Part shown: positions 1-13,705 of the stretch, in pieces
How the letters are laid out: every line of letters begins with the position of its first letter
How positions within the stretch are numbered: the stretch's first letter is position 1
NCBI GenBank assembly: GCA_964106645.2
Contig: OZ067044.1
DNA length: 64,000 nucleotides
Direction: 5' to 3' (one strand)
Origin: Podarcis pityusensis
Lineage: Eukaryota
Translations under genes and position numbers: made by a program
The notes under the pieces: model-generated
The model's database searches: none
What the model was told of the DNA's origin: nothing
Seen by the model: only the letters and a program-made list of their open reading frames with translations

Positions 1-1358
1 CGCAAATGAAGATAAGAGCACACTCGTCGGACACCTTGGTTCCAGTACCAAGGACCCCCACCCGGTCTTCCTTCCCAGTGAACCTTCACACATTGCTGAA
101 GGTTGTGTTCCACCTGCTGTATTTGTTTGTCCCACACTGATTTACAGTTCAAGAGCAAGTTTGTTTTTAGCTAAAAACCTACTTGAAAAACACAGTGGCA
201 TTACGGTGGTCCAGTTTGCATGTCACAGTAAACCGTAGTTGATTAGTTTACCATGAAAACGCTGAGCTGGACCACTTTGCCCCCCCCCCCAGCCCACTGG
301 AGAAACGGAGAGCTTAGCTTAGTGCTATATCATCTGCTGTGGATCATAATTTGTTTCATGCAAGACCATGGTTTGTTTGGAGGGTTCTAGATCATGCAGG
401 GAGGAAGTTCCTCATTTCTTTTTAAAAATAATTTTTATTGCATTAAAAAAAATTACAAATACACAATTACAAATACACATAAAACTCAAACACACCCACA
501 AAAATACATCTTCATTTTTTCTTCATTTACATTCATATTCTGTATCTCATCTAAACTTATCCATATCCATCGTACATTAATTGACTTCTGTCTATCTCTT
601 TACGGCTTCTTCACCTCTTTTATTCTGTATTCAATATATATTTTACCTTTTATTTATTTTTGTGAAATTCAGTCAAAGCACAACCAAGTTTTGATTTGGG
701 AACCATGTTTGTGCAAATAATTTTTAAAACAATCTCATTTCACACTTTCCACCTTGCACTTCACCTCTGCACTCCCTCCTGTGAGTGCCTGCACATGGCA
801 TGAGTACTCCGAACACACAGTTAGGGCTCACGCCTCTCGCAAGTGTTAATGATTCAAATAACAATATTTGTTTTGCATTCCACCAAGTCCTAAAATATAT
901 TGTTTGTCACTGACTAAGTCATACTCAGAGCAGGCCCATTGAAATCACTGGACCAAGTCCATCAATTCATTTCTGTGCATGACTTCACCAGACACAACCC
1001 TATGTCACTGGAGATGGGGCAGCTGACTGAGGGCTGCACTCACCCTTGGTCCATCCTCTGTGGGGGCCGCCCCACTCTCCCTTATGCATAGACAAACACC
1101 CGCAGGCAGGCTGAAGCATACAGGCTCCCTCCTCACCAGCTGAGGTGGGTTATTATTGCCCCCACTCAGCTCCTCAAATGGTCAGACCAATGACCAGGTG
1201 AGATTTATATCCCCATCATGGCACTTAGTTCCATACCCCAACAAGGCTGTGTTTATCTTAATGTGTCCGTCCCCCCCTGCTTTTTGCTCCTGCTGCCAAA
1301 TTGATGGGGTCTTGGAGAGCCGGAAAAATTGACTTGTGGGGTAGTTTACATCCCCAAA

Positions 1359-1799
1359 ATGAGTGTTGAGGAGCTAGAAGAAGCTTCTAAATGTCTACTT
1401 CTCAATCTCCTGCAGATCTTTCTGGAAAAAAATCTGAAAAAAATACTGTACTTGAAAGGATAACAGGAAAATGTCAAGTCTACTTTTGGGAAATTGTATG
1501 AACTCTTATTTTCATGATTTTGGGAAAAAATATGGAACACAGTACTGTTTTTATATCATATGAATGATATTTAGAAAAAATGCAACTACTTTTCAGTGAA
1601 ACATGCATATGGCTTATTTTATTTTATTTTGCACAGTGCCAGTGACTGTGGAATAAGCGGAAAAATGTTTAATCAAAAACTGCAGGTGCTATTAAGCGAC
1701 TTCATTGTCTTGTCTATCAAGTGTGAACTTGCAGAAGAAATTTACTTTGGGGAAATAATCCACGATTTCACAATAAAAAAGGCAAGAAGAAAAGTTTAA
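1359..1799 (+). mobile_element. Decayed hAT transposase, C-terminal dimerisation domain (Tip100/ZMYM1-like)
   Basis: Frameshifted translation CTVPVTVE*AEK..LIKN...LSDFIVLSIKCELAEEIYFGEIIHDFTIKKARRKV* matches the hATC pattern PVTVASAERSFS.L.LIK...LS.L..LSIE......F..KK.R. Confidence 0.75.
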
Positions 1800-2384
1800 A
1801 AGTAAATTGGTCAACTCAAAAGTATATTTGCAGTCACATGATAGATTTTTAAAAAATCAACAGAAAAATATATTTATTTGTACCAACCAAAAAATATTCT
1901 GCAAGCTTTGGGAAACTCTTCGGACTGGATGTTAAGTTAAACAAAAGTAGGGGGCGGGAAATGGGGTGGGGTGGGGTGGGGTGGAGGCCTGGTAGAAATG
2001 GCCAGTATGGGCCATGGTGTCATATCAGAAATGCAGAAAATGTAATTTCATAATTAAAACAGGTATTCACATGTGGGTTTCCTTAGTGGGACTGCACAGA
2101 GCCCCAATGAGGAGCAAAAGTTACAGGCAAGCAAATCTGAACATTTTTCCACTTAACGTAAGTGGGACTTTTCTCTCCAGACTAATTTTCTCTCATGCAG
2201 GCCTGGACTCTCTCTCATAACAGGGCACACAGTTAGGAACTGCAAGGAATCTGTGCCATCTTGGAATGCAGCCACACGAGGGCTGAACTTTTATAGATCA
2301 AGGGAGAGCAAACCAGGTGCTAATGCAAGTCGAACAGCAAGGGCATGAGGAAGAAAATTAAGATGTCCTTGGGTTGCATAACTA

Positions 2385-2553
2385 CCGTATTTTTCGCTCT
2401 ATAACATGCACCCGACCATAACACGCACGTAGCTTTTAGAGGAGGAAAATCCGTAGGCATGCCACCCATAGGCATTCCCTCCATAACATGCACAGACATT
2501 TCCCCATACTTTCTAGGAGGAAAAAAGTGAGTGTTATGGTGCAAAAAATACGG
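2385..2553. mobile_element. pogo/Tigger-type MITE
   Basis: TIRs CCGTATTTTT(C/T)GC flanked by TA on both sides. Confidence 0.85.
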
Positions 2554-3285
2554 TATTTTAACCCAGAGAAATTATTCCAGAATGCAACTCTTTTAGTGTT
2601 AGTAATTTTATTAATGGACAGCTTGTATCAAAAAAACAATGTTCTTTTAAAAACTATGTAGATATTCGTGCTGTTATTATTAACTCATCTAATGTATTTA
2701 TAGAATCTAGTAACATTTGCCAGCTAAATGAGGGCAGATCTGACAAGCTTGTAAAATTCAATCAGTTTAATTTGGGTTCACATATTTAGTTTCTCTTTTC
2801 AGCTATAAGAGCCATAAATAATCTAAGAGAAAGAAAAGTGTGCTCCAGAGATAACCCAAGCTCCCTCTCTCAAGAATCTCAAGAGCAGACAGCACCAGTC
2901 CCAGCCTTCTGCAGAATGACATGGCCTTAGCTGGGGCACCAGACTTTTGTGTGTCAGTAAACTAAAGGTAGCCAATTGTTCAGTTTATTATATTTAAATC
3001 CCCATGAGAGATGTAATTTGGATTTTCTGCCTCACATATCAAAATGACATCACCTTAGGATCCCTTCCAGCTCTACAAATCTGATTCTGTGTGTTACTTC
3101 TCAGGAAACACAGAGGATTCAGCCGAAAGGTTTCCAGGAAGGTTGTCAGTGATCAGATGTCCTGCCTATACCTTTCCCTAGAATGTGGGAGGCCAGCAGC
3201 AATACCTGCATTGAATTTCCTGGGGGTGAGAAGGCCATTATTCTCAAGAGAGCTGCTCTGTAACAGAGCCTTCCCTTGACAAATA

Positions 3286-4234
3286 CAGTGGTGCCCCGCA
3301 AGACGAATGCCTCGCAAGACGGAAAACTCGCTAGACAAAAGGGTTTTCCGTTTTTTGAGCTGCTTCGCAAGACGAATTTCCCTATGGGCTTGCTTCGCAA
3401 GACGAAAAACAAAAACGTCTTGCAAGTTTGTTTTCTTTTTCTTAACACCGTTAATACAGTTGCGACTTGACTTCGAGGAGCAACTCATAGAACGCGGTGT
3501 GGTAGTTAAACTTTTAAAATTTTTTGGGGGGTTTTTGGATTTTGGGTTGGGGTGTTTGGAATTCAAGGACTTGGTGTTGGGGAGGGGTTTGCAAGAATCT
3601 GGAAGCTTGTTTTTTTTCCCCTGCATTTTTATGATTTTCTGTGACCATTGGGCCACTCTGCTGTTTTTTAAAAAAAATTCTGGATTTGAATTTCTGTGTG
3701 GTGGGTGGCTGGGGGAACAGTTGAGGAGGGGTTTGCAAGAATCTGGAAGCTTGTGTGGTTTTTTTTCTGAATTTTTATGATTTTCTGTGACCATTGGGCC
3801 ACTCTGCTGGTTTTTTTTAAAAAATTCTGGATTTGAATTTCTGTGTGGTGGGTGGCTGGGGGAACAGTTGAGGAGGGGGTTCTTCAGCAAGAAGCAAAGA
3901 GTGGAAGAGGAACCTTCTTCGAGTTGTCCCCCAGAGTCTTAGAAAATGTACTGTACACTTTGTTGATTTTTAAATGTTTTTCTGTCATGTTTAGAAACTT
4001 AATTTATTGCTCCTTCAATTTTTGAAATGCTCTTTACAGTATGTGTGACTTTAAAGAGCACTTAATAAACTCTTGTTGTACCAAATTTGGCTTTGTTTGG
4101 ACTTTTTTGACCAAAGGAACGCATTAATTGAATTTCAATGCATTCCTATGGGGTTTTGTGCTTCGCAAGACGAAAAATTCGCTAGATGAAAAAACTCGTG
4201 GAACAAATTAATTTCGTCTTGCGAGGCACCACTG
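3286..4234. mobile_element. Tc1/mariner (Tigger-like) non-autonomous element with an internal ~144-bp tandem duplication
   Basis: 22-bp TIRs CAGTGGTGCC(C/T)CGCAAGACGAA, TA TSDs at 3284-85 and 4235-36; duplication ~3581-3878. Confidence 0.9.
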
Positions 4235-5479
4235 TAACAACAGGGATTGTTCTTGTTTTTCACCTTTTTATTACAAGAGTGCATTCTCTTCCCTATTAAT
4301 AAAACAGGATGGATAAGGTCAAAAGTAAATAAAAATGGATTAAAGTCAATAGTCAATATAAATGCAAGTCACTTTGCTTCCCTTAGTCCCACTCATCCTG
4401 ACCTTAAAGCAGGCATGCCGACAGATCTTCAGATTTTCCATTCTCTCCTCACAATTTTTTAAGCCCTTCCCTCCTGCTCTTCCTCAGTCTGCTTGAAAAC
4501 TTTGGCTTGTTAAGCTGTTGTCTGGTATTTCTCCAACAGAGGCTCCTCTCAAAACATATTCTTGACAATAGAGCAGTTCACACTGTTCACAAAACTTATT
4601 TCACTGCTTGCCTTTTCTGTGTCTCTCTTTGTAGACTTTGTTCATTGTTACATGGCTAAATACGAGGTACCATTTGGGCCATCTGGGATCTGTCACAGGA
4701 TCCCTATGAGCAGAAGCAACTTGCAGGACAATGTGTCACAGACAGAACCTTCCTGGCCAACTGTCCTGAGCCAGAGCCAGATTTCCACTGCTTCCCTCCT
4801 GCTCCAGGATGCTCTCCAGGAAAGAGTACGCACTCCTTTTTGCAGCTTTGTGCTGGCTGAGCTCCACTCTGCTCTCTCCCTGGCTGCGGTCAGGTGTGAG
4901 GCCTTGATCTGTTTCTGATTAGCAGCCAGCAGCAGAGCTCATTAATTGTCCTGTGATCCTTGCCCTAACTCAGAGCAGCTAACTCCATCCAGCCAAGGCT
5001 GGGGCAGAGGGCAGCCCTCCAGGGACTGGGGGAAAAGGCCACTTCCCCTCCCCCCCATCTCTTCTTCCAGCCATGCATCAGAGAAAGACCCAGCCCCTCC
5101 CCCATACGTTGCAACTGGAGCTGATTAACTTCCTTGGCCTTGAGGAACAAATCATTCTCCTCTAATCTCTCTCTCTCCCTCCTTCAGTAATTGCAGATCA
5201 GCTCCAATCCTTTTCACTAAAGTAAAGGAAGGAATCACTCCGTTTTTTGTCTGCTTCTACAATCTGAAGCTACTGATCTTCCCTTCCTTCCCATAAGCAC
5301 CAGGCTAGTATGATGCGCTGAATTCTTCCCAATGACCACAGAAATGAGTGAATGCAAAGGGTGATTGACTGCACAGGGCTCTTCAAAAAACGTTCCCCAA
5401 AAGCCATGCCGATCAACCCAGGATGTACATTTGTGGTTACTATACTTAGCCACAACCTGCGAATTGACAGTGGATTGGG

Positions 5480-7200
5480 TAGCGGGGACGAAGAAAGGCG
5501 CACCGCGCGCTTCTTGGCTACTTCTTCAGCGACTGGGCTAACTGTTCGGGGGCAAAGGAGGAGCCACTGTCATCCGGGATGAGCCAACTCTGCTGGATGG
5601 GATGCCCCCCCCTCGCCCCAATTAAGAAGGCAGACAGAATCGAGGACCGAAACTGGAACAAAAGCTTTTTTCAGCGGGGGTGGGGCGTTTGGCTCCGGAA
5701 ATGCCCACAATTTGTCTGCATGGAGACACCAGGCAGCTGCACCCGCGGATGGTCACGAGGGGCAGATTGCGGGATGATCCCATCGGGGAAATATGGGGCT
5801 CCCAGCGCACGTGGCGCTTGATCTAATCTGCCGTCCACACAAAGGGGTCCCCCCCCCGCCTTTCCCGGCACAGAGCATCCATTCAGAGATGCTCATCCCC
5901 GCCCGCTTGCCCGAGGGAGGTGCGCGCCTTCTCTCTGTCCCCCTCCCTCCGCGGGCGCTGCAGCCCCCGACTTGCCAGCCAGACGGACAAAGAGCTGCTC
6001 TTCTGTTACCGTTTCGGATCTGGTCTGTGTTGGTCTGTTTAAAAAAAAGAGAGAGAGATTAAACCTTTGATCTGGCTGCGGAATTCCCTTTTTGGGTGGG
6101 ACGGGAAAATGCGCCACATTCTAACGGAACCAGTACCTGAGCGGGGAGAAATTCGGCAGGAAAAGCCCGCCTTGGCACGGAGAGGAAATGCTTCTGCGGA
6201 ATTTCTGCCCCGTCGAGGCGCAGCAGCTGGTTATATGTACTGTATGCATGTCATGACACCCCCCCCCCCCGCCAGCGCCGAGGTGCGAGTTCTCACATCA
6301 GCTTCCCTTGCCCGAACCCCGATATTATTTAATGTTCATAAGCAGATAAAACAAGTCGCCCTTCGGAAATGGCGCATTTATTATAGAACAGCCAAGATCA
6401 CAACGCTGTGCGCTGGCGGGGAGAAAAAGCCGCGGCGATGGCGAAGAGGCGCCTGTTTGGGTCAATTCTTGGGGGGGGGGGAGGAGGGAAGCGGCGTTTC
6501 GCCCCCTCCTTTCCGGGTCGCCTCCTGCTCGGGGGCTCCAGCGGGCAGCGCTCAGCCTGCGCGCCCCTCGAGGCGGCCGACTCCCCGGGAAGACCTCGTC
6601 ACTATGGCAACAGGGGCTTGCAAGAAGAAGAGGAAGAAGAGTGCGCGTGCGTCGGCTTGTCCTCCCTCCTGCCGCCCCCTCTTCCTTCTCCCGGCTGCCC
6701 GGACTTCTCTCGCGCCCGCCCCTCCTCCGCGCACCCAGACACCTCCTTCGGCGCCCAAGGCGCAGACCCCTGGAAGAGGAGCGTCGTATTCCGGGGCCCC
6801 TCAGCCGCCGCCCAGCACCTCTCCTCACGAGGCGGCTGCAAGGGACTCCGGCTTGAGAGCTCTCCAGGGCGACGCGAGATGCCTGGCGGCTTTCCTCTGC
6901 CCCGACCCGGCACCCTGGGGTGCCCTCGCTCCGCACCCAGCGAGCCTTCTGGGGGCTGAGCCTCGAGGAAGCCTGCGGACGGGGGGAGAGGGAGGAATTA
7001 TGCGGGGCGGGGCTTGCCTCCCCCCAATATTTTATTCAAGTTGCCACCTCTGGCTTCTTGGGCTCTTGTGCTCCTCACTTCGCCCCCACCATTAATCTTA
7101 CCTGTTTTCCTTTTGCTTCCTTTGTTGCTGTCGGCAAATGGCATTCTTGGAAGGGGCGAGGGACGGGGTCTTCTCTTTGGCGCCCGCCCCCCCATTATGC
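5480..7200. promoter_or_regulatory. CpG island downstream of Pcdh-gamma (promoter of an unidentified gene, or an enhancer)
   Basis: High CpG density; X-box 6598-6611, ETS/YY1-like CGGAAATGGCGC 6364-6375, NRF1-like GTGCGCGTGCGT 6641-6652, GC boxes ~7003-7013. Confidence 0.75.
6598..6611. promoter_or_regulatory. RFX X-box motif GTCACTATGGCAAC
   Basis: Close match to the 14-bp X-box consensus (GTTGCCATGGCAAC type) inside a CpG island. Confidence 0.65.
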
Positions 7201-9689
7201 TCCCTGCCCCTTTTTGGACTGTCCTAAGCAAAGGCCTTCTGCTTAAAGACCGAAGGGAACCAGCCGCCCAGGAGCTTAGCCTGCTGGGGTTTTTTGAAGG
7301 GTGGGGGGAATAGTTTGAGCAAATGGTGGAGGGAGACTGGAGGCCTGCAGGGAAGCTGGCACCTGGTGCACGTCTGACATTTTATGAATTAAGATGGTGC
7401 TGACAGGCAGTTCCCCTCCCCCGCTTCTTTAGGACTAGCTTGATAAAGGACCAAACTAGGAGTAATGACCGGGCAGTCTGTGAGGCAAACAAGACAGCTA
7501 CCTTGGGCAGCAGAATCCAAGGGGCGCAGCCACTGACACCAAAGAAGTGGGGACAAATGGCAGTGGCTTCCAGGTTCCGGCAAGATCTTGCAAGACTGGT
7601 GCAAGATGTCACCAGAACTTGGAACCTGCCACCACTGCCGCGTGACCCCAGGAAGCAAGGCTTCAGCAGGGGTGGCAAGGGGTCACTTTCCCGATTTTGC
7701 CTCTGGCAGCAAAATGGGATGGGCTTCCACTGAGTAAAGGCAGCACTCAGCAGTAAGCGTTTGTATGTATTTTTAATTATTTGTGCTGATTTTCGTTGTT
7801 ATGTAGATAATAAATGGACCAAATAAGTAAGTATAGAACAATAACACAAAAGGGAGGGGATTTCCTACTCATCACCACTGAGCTCTTACTATGTGGTTGA
7901 GGTGGGTACTGAAAAATAAAGACAGTATTGCTGCCATCTTAGTGGAGCTTTGCCATTGCAAAAAGCTATCTATGCTAGATGGCTTAGTTATTGGGCATGC
8001 CAATTTCATATGTATAAACCTTCCACAGATGCAAAAATTCCATTGCTTATGGACCAGAGGCCAAGGGAGGCCTTTGCAATATCCAGACTCACAGTGATTG
8101 AAGATCAGTTCGTAGAACAGAATCAGAAGCCGTACTGTGAAATGGGTTTGCAGACTCTGTATTATGGAACTGCCTGACCCTGAAGATATTCATGGAGGCC
8201 TCTGCTTCATGTACTTCCACTACCACCAGAAGTACTACAGGCTGGCATGGTGACTGACAGGGCCTTTTCTGTGACGGCAAGGAGGCACCAAGCCCAGAGA
8301 AGCTTTTCTCGTACTGTTGCTGCTTGTCTTTCAGTGGATCATTAATACCTTCCCCCCCCTCCCCGGCCATGTTTAGGTCTGCTGTTTTAGACTTTTTTAA
8401 AAAACACCAATGTTTCTTTTTAAAAAAATAACAGATGCTGTTAGCCAACTGTTATATATATATGTAGCTTAAAATATTGCAAATATAAATAAAATAATCA
8501 TGGTTGGCCTAGCATGGTGACTAAATTGACAAACTGCTTCTATACCTTAGGACCTCAGCATTTAGTGGCCAAGTAAACAAAGCTAAAACAGAAAGATCTG
8601 AAGTTTAGACCTAAATTTGGTCTGTGGGCTGGATGCTCTCCACCCCATGATTAGCCCATTGTACATTGAGAATCTTAGAGTTGTGGTTTTGTGTGACGTC
8701 TAACCTGAGTCTTTACCATAATTAGCCCCACAGGCCCCTCCCACTTCTTTTTAGGTGCAAGCCCTCCTTCCTGTAGCACTCCTGACATCTGCAGATTGCC
8801 CAGGATGGCTCCAGCCAGCAACAAGGCGAGGAGAAATTCAGTACTGTGCATTTTGGAAGCTTTTCATGTACAGGAACTGCGGGAATAGACACGGGGCTTA
8901 TGCTCAACAGAGTGTAGGGTGTGTTTACAGCTGATTGTGTTCCCATTTCATTTGCAAAGTCCACATCATGTTGCCCTCAAACAACAATTGCCCTCAAACA
9001 ACAGTGGGAATGCTTCCTTTAAGCCGGCAATGCCTGGTACACATCACCTAAAAGCAATTAATGCATTTTTTGTTGTGGAAATACTGGTTTCACTCTCATG
9101 CAAATTTAATCATTTGCTTAATTGACTGACAGCACAACCCTACGTTTGTTCAGTATTAAGTCCTATTGAATTCAGTTGAACTTACTCCAAGTTAAATGTG
9201 CATAACACTCTAAATATGCATAGGATGCAAGTAGTCATGACTAAATTTCCAGTGAAATAATTTTAGACCCATTAGGCCATACTATCTATATTTAAGCGCT
9301 GGCTGTTCTGCACCCCCTTTGTATCCTCTTAGGCTTCCTTGCCTCAGTATTTTGGGCGGTCCTCCCTTGTGAACAATGCGCCCTGCTCCTGCAGTTTTCT
9401 TTACAGAAGCTGGCATAGGGAAGTTTAGTAGGTGACACTTTTCTCAGGACCTTATTTCCATGTCAGGAAAGACTTTGGCTGCTTAATGTCTATGTGTGAG
9501 GCACAGGAACAGGGTAAGTCAAAGAAACGTAAGTTGACAGTCTCATTTCTTAGAAAGAAGCCCAGGCTTTGCCTAGATGGATCACCTTCCTTCTCCCACG
9601 CTGTCCACCAAGTTTGACAGGCTAGTTCCAAGCAACCCAGCACTCTGACCAAAAATGAAAGCTGTCCAAGAAAGTCCTGCTATAATGTT

Positions 9690-9835
9690 GCAGGACTGGA
9701 GAGACCCGGGTTCATGTCCCCACTGGGTGGACCTTGGGCCAGTCACTCTTCCCACTTAATGTACCTCGCAGAGTTGTTATGGGGATGTATGCCTCCTTCA
9801 ACTCAGTGGCGGAAAGGCAGGATATAAGTGTTCAA
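9690..9835 (+). mobile_element. Decayed tRNA/CORE-type SINE
   Basis: B-box-like GGTTCATGTCCC, GACCTTGGGCCAGTCACT core, L2-like tail GAAAGGCAGGATATAA. Confidence 0.55.
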
Positions 9836-10795
9836 AACAAGCAAACATTTCTGCTGAGGTAAATTTATGCCTGCACTGTACCACCTCAGAATGTAGCTAA
9901 GGGCATTCAGGAATGCTTCTACAATGTCCGTAACAAATAAAACTGGCCGGTTTTATGATGAAGCTACACTAGAATCTTCTCCCAGCCATTATATTTTTTT
10001 TTAATGGAAAGTTCCCCCTTCCTTGCAATATAGAGAAGCAGTCAATCATGTGAATCTTCACCCGCCCTCTTAAGTGGTACACACCAAGCACCTCCTGCCT
10101 AATTGAGGGCTAGGCCTAAGGCTCAGCGTGGTATTTCTAAAGGGGCCTTCATTTCCTTTTCTGTTATCTTTCTTGCACACAGACATGCATCCCTTCCATC
10201 CCTGTTTGTTGGAGAGAGATTGGTTTAGTCACATTGTCTATCCCTATTCTCTCCTTGGGCAAGGTGTTTGTGTTCTCTGTAGCCCCATGAATACCACAAG
10301 GAGGTTCTAAAGAGAATCAATATGGTGGCACTAATTGGAAAAGCACCCAAGACAGGAAATAAAGAAAGCTGGGTCGTAGAGCCTGCAACAAATCCCTTCA
10401 CAGGGACTAGGGAAGTTCCCTATTTCCCAAGGGGCTGGGTTCTTGTGCCATTCTCTTTTCCTCTTGCCCTTACCACTGGGGTGGCATCATGCCAGTCATC
10501 CCTAGTGGGCATATGACACATCTCTCTGCATTATTTACACCTGCTTTACATTGTCCATGAATTGTTTACCACAGGCTTAAGCCTGGCTTTCTTGTTTTCT
10601 GTGGAAACAGATCAAGATCACTGATAGCTGGGGGAGACAGTGCTGCAGGTGTGCCCTATTTATCTATTATTCAGAGCACAAATGCAAAAGAGCCAGATGG
10701 TCCAGTCAGAATGGGTTCCACTCCCAAAGGCTAATGTATAGGTTAAACCAGGTGCCCATTGCTCTCTCCCTCCCAGAGGCAAGTTCTCATCTGTT

Positions 10796-10818
10796 AGCAG
10801 CAGCAGCAGCAGCAGCAG
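10796..10818. repeat. (CAG)n microsatellite
   Basis: About 7 units. Confidence 0.9.
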
Positions 10819-11029
10819 TTTCTTGGTAAAGAAAATAGGTTTCCATGTTTGAAAGATTCGGAACACTGCAAAAGCCAGCAAAACCTGTCTACCAGAGGCG
10901 CTGCTGGAAAGAAGCCTGGCATTGTTCCTCTGCCACATTGCCTTCAATACTTTGGGGGTGGGGTTTCCAGTCTAGCACTCCCATAATCTTGCTCTCCCCT
11001 CCTTTTCGTCCTTCAGAAGCAATCACAAC

Positions 11030-13705
11030 AAACACATCAGCAGAAAAGATTTTATTATTTTCCCCAAAGAAAAAAGAGCAATATAAATATTAGAGTATAA
11101 AACTTGCGTGTAACACATTGACGTCAGTCTATATGGATATAAGAAGGATATAAGCATATATATAATATATAAGTATAGTTCAATATTAGACACATTGAAA
11201 GGACAGTAAGTGTGTTTCAATTCACATACATTTAAAAGCACAAAGAGCACATGTAAAGAAGATACAAAGGAATAAAAAAAATACTGATGTCCACAACTCA
11301 ATTACTAAGATTAAAAAAGAAGAAAGAAACCTACACATCACTAGGTTTTCAGCACTACTACACTACTTTCAGCTTATTGATTAAAAGGAAAAAGAGAATG
11401 ACTAAGATTAATCTACAGTACTTTGAGAAGAGTCACATAATAACTACTTCAGTACATAATAAGCCCCAGGCCCAATCCTGTGGGGAAGCTCACCTGCATC
11501 AGCTCCGTTAAGTTGGAGAGAGGCTGCGGGACAGAATTGCCATGCGCTTGTGTGGCTTCTGGTGATTCCAGCCGAGCTTGTGCAGGAGAACTTCCCAATG
11601 GATTGCGCTCTGTTTTAACTAACTATGTAAACTGTTTCTAGTGCAGTCACCAAACACAAGGGGTGGGTGGGTGACTGGGATCAGTACAAAAATCATACGT
11701 CGACTGAAGTTTCTTCCCACAGACAAATCCCGCTTTCTAGACACACAGGAGGCAGCAGATACGCTCTGGCAGTGCAAGACTACACAGCCAATGAGAGTGG
11801 TCCGCAATGTTTTGAAAAGTCGTCAGATGTTTAACCTGAGGTGATCATAGAAGGCCAGACCATCTCAGACAAGCTCCTTATCAAAGGTTTAAGAAAGAGT
11901 AATATATTTCTGGCCTAGTGATTAGCCCTCCATGTTGGAAATATGCTGCTTCTCTGCCCTCGGCTGGTCAGTGCCTCTATAGAAAGGCAACCTGAGTTTG
12001 CCAGCAGCAGGCCGAAGCTCCCTGCTAGTCTGTGCGGCGCTTGAGCGAGGAAAGAGATGAGAACACAAGCCGATAAAATGCACAGGGAGCGGGAAACGCT
12101 CACTTCCTCTCCATACTAGGCTATGAAACAATGTGGCTAAAAACCCTAAAACAAGTCATTTCGAAACACAGCGAAGGGATTTATGACTATTCACTTTAAA
12201 TCCAGTGGATTTATATCCAAGTGGGGGTGATAGCAGAGGTCCAAAGGACCTTCAGTGCATCAATGGTTACTCACTTCTCTAACGTTCAGAACTTGGCCTT
12301 GGGGGCTTGGTATCAGAAATCCCTGCCCAGCTCCAGCTCTGGCATCCCTGATCTGTGCCTGGCCCCATGCGTCCTCAGACCAATTGTTGTTCGCTTAATA
12401 TCAGCATGTGAAGAAGGCCAGCAAACCAAGGGCCTTCCTTAGCTGTGCTTGCCTAGGCGTGTGGAAACTTTCCTACTGCTCTGATCCAGGGCAATGCATC
12501 TTGTTACTGAACTCTACTCACAGACAGACAATGCTCATGTTCCACCAGGATGTGGGCACTTCACAGCATATTTACATCATGCTGTATATGGCATGCAATG
12601 ACTTCTCTATTCTAGGTTGGGAGGCGGCAGCTGGCCTACCGTAGATGTGAAGTGAATGTTTTGCATGCAGCTTGATGTGCAGAAAATATGAAGCATTCCA
12701 TTTTTGTTTTAATTCTCTACCTACAAGGCCACCAGAGCCCATTCACTGACAGAAGGCGTCTGCCTGTGGAACTAACAGAGCTATTTCAGTGCTTAAAGAA
12801 GGAGCGGCAGCTCACTATACTCACAAGCGATTGACTTTGACTTCCTTAAACTTATTCCAGAAAACAATTACTGTACACATAAATATTTATGGATCAAAGT
12901 GTAGATGAGATGTGTTGTCTCTTCAGAGGCCACTGTAAATCAATCAACACAGGCAAAATTCCCCATCTTCCTACCATGTGAGGCATTCTCTGCCTCTGGG
13001 AGGCTTCCCATAGCAATGTGTTTGTGCGCCTTGCCTCTTAGGTATAACCATTTCAGTTTTATTTTTTCAACCATCATTGGTTAACTTTTAAAAATGCTGT
13101 TGAAACTCATTCCCTTCTAATAATGCAGGATGGACACTGTTTTAAAATAAAAAAGCAGAAACTAAAGCATCCCCTCATCAATTTCATAACAAGGATTCCA
13201 ACCGAGATATTTTTGTGGGGACAGAAAGCATTCATCAAAATTTGGGGGACGTGAGAATGTTCTTTTAAATGGAAAAATGTATAAATCAAAACCCCTGTTT
13301 AGAAGAATTATTTACAATGGACAGGGCCCACCCTAAGCCTTGTATGTTGTGCAGATCCCTCTGGAGCAAAGCAATGGGAGAGAAAAATATTCCAAAGATC
13401 TGACACCCTTGCATATTAGATCATCCGCATGAGAGTATAAGCTATAATTCATCACTATCCACAGGGCTTTTTTTGTTTTGTTTTGTTTCCAGATACTTTT
13501 ACATCAGGAGGACTAACAGTAGGAGACTTTCTCCTAGCTCTGATGACAGCAATGTACATTCGCAATGTTCCACACTTTTTTATTTTTAAAAAATGGTTAA
13601 CCACAAATTCACATTCATCCTCCATCCTAGGCTATGAATTGGGGGAATGCTGGAAGAGTCTGCCCTTTAGATCTAAGGTGGCAGCGATGTGTCATCCTGC
13701 GAATC
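11030..13705 (-). other. Probable Pcdh-gamma 3' UTR (~2.7 kb)
   Basis: Follows the stop codon. The distal block (GCAAGTTTTATACTCTAATATTTATAT...AATAATAAAA on the minus strand) resembles the mammalian PCDHG mRNA end as recalled; the cleavage site is approximate. Confidence 0.7.
11051..11056 (-). terminator. Polyadenylation signal AATAAA of Pcdh-gamma
   Basis: tttatt on the + strand, followed on the minus strand by a GT/T-rich element (GATGTGTTTGTTGTGATT). Confidence 0.7.

Noticed and set aside
1-101. Open frame ending at AAG|GTTGTG at the window edge (possible exon of a neighbouring gene)
   Set aside because: Too short, weak donor, peptide not recognised.
3153-3890. 245-aa minus-strand ORF with an internal repeat
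   Set aside because: Lies mostly in a MITE; the repeat is the ~144-bp tandem duplication; no transposase motifs.
4734-5113. TG...CA-bounded segment resembling a solo LTR
   Set aside because: No matching target-site duplication and no second copy in the window.
6067-7095. 342-aa + strand ORF and overlapping ORFs in the CpG island
   Set aside because: Low-complexity Pro/Arg/Ala/Gly sequence, open in several frames on both strands, no recognisable domain; expected in GC-rich DNA.
10888-10905. CTACCAGAGGCGCTG as a reverse CTCF site just past the poly(A) signal
   Set aside because: One base short of the consensus core; cannot be supported without binding data.
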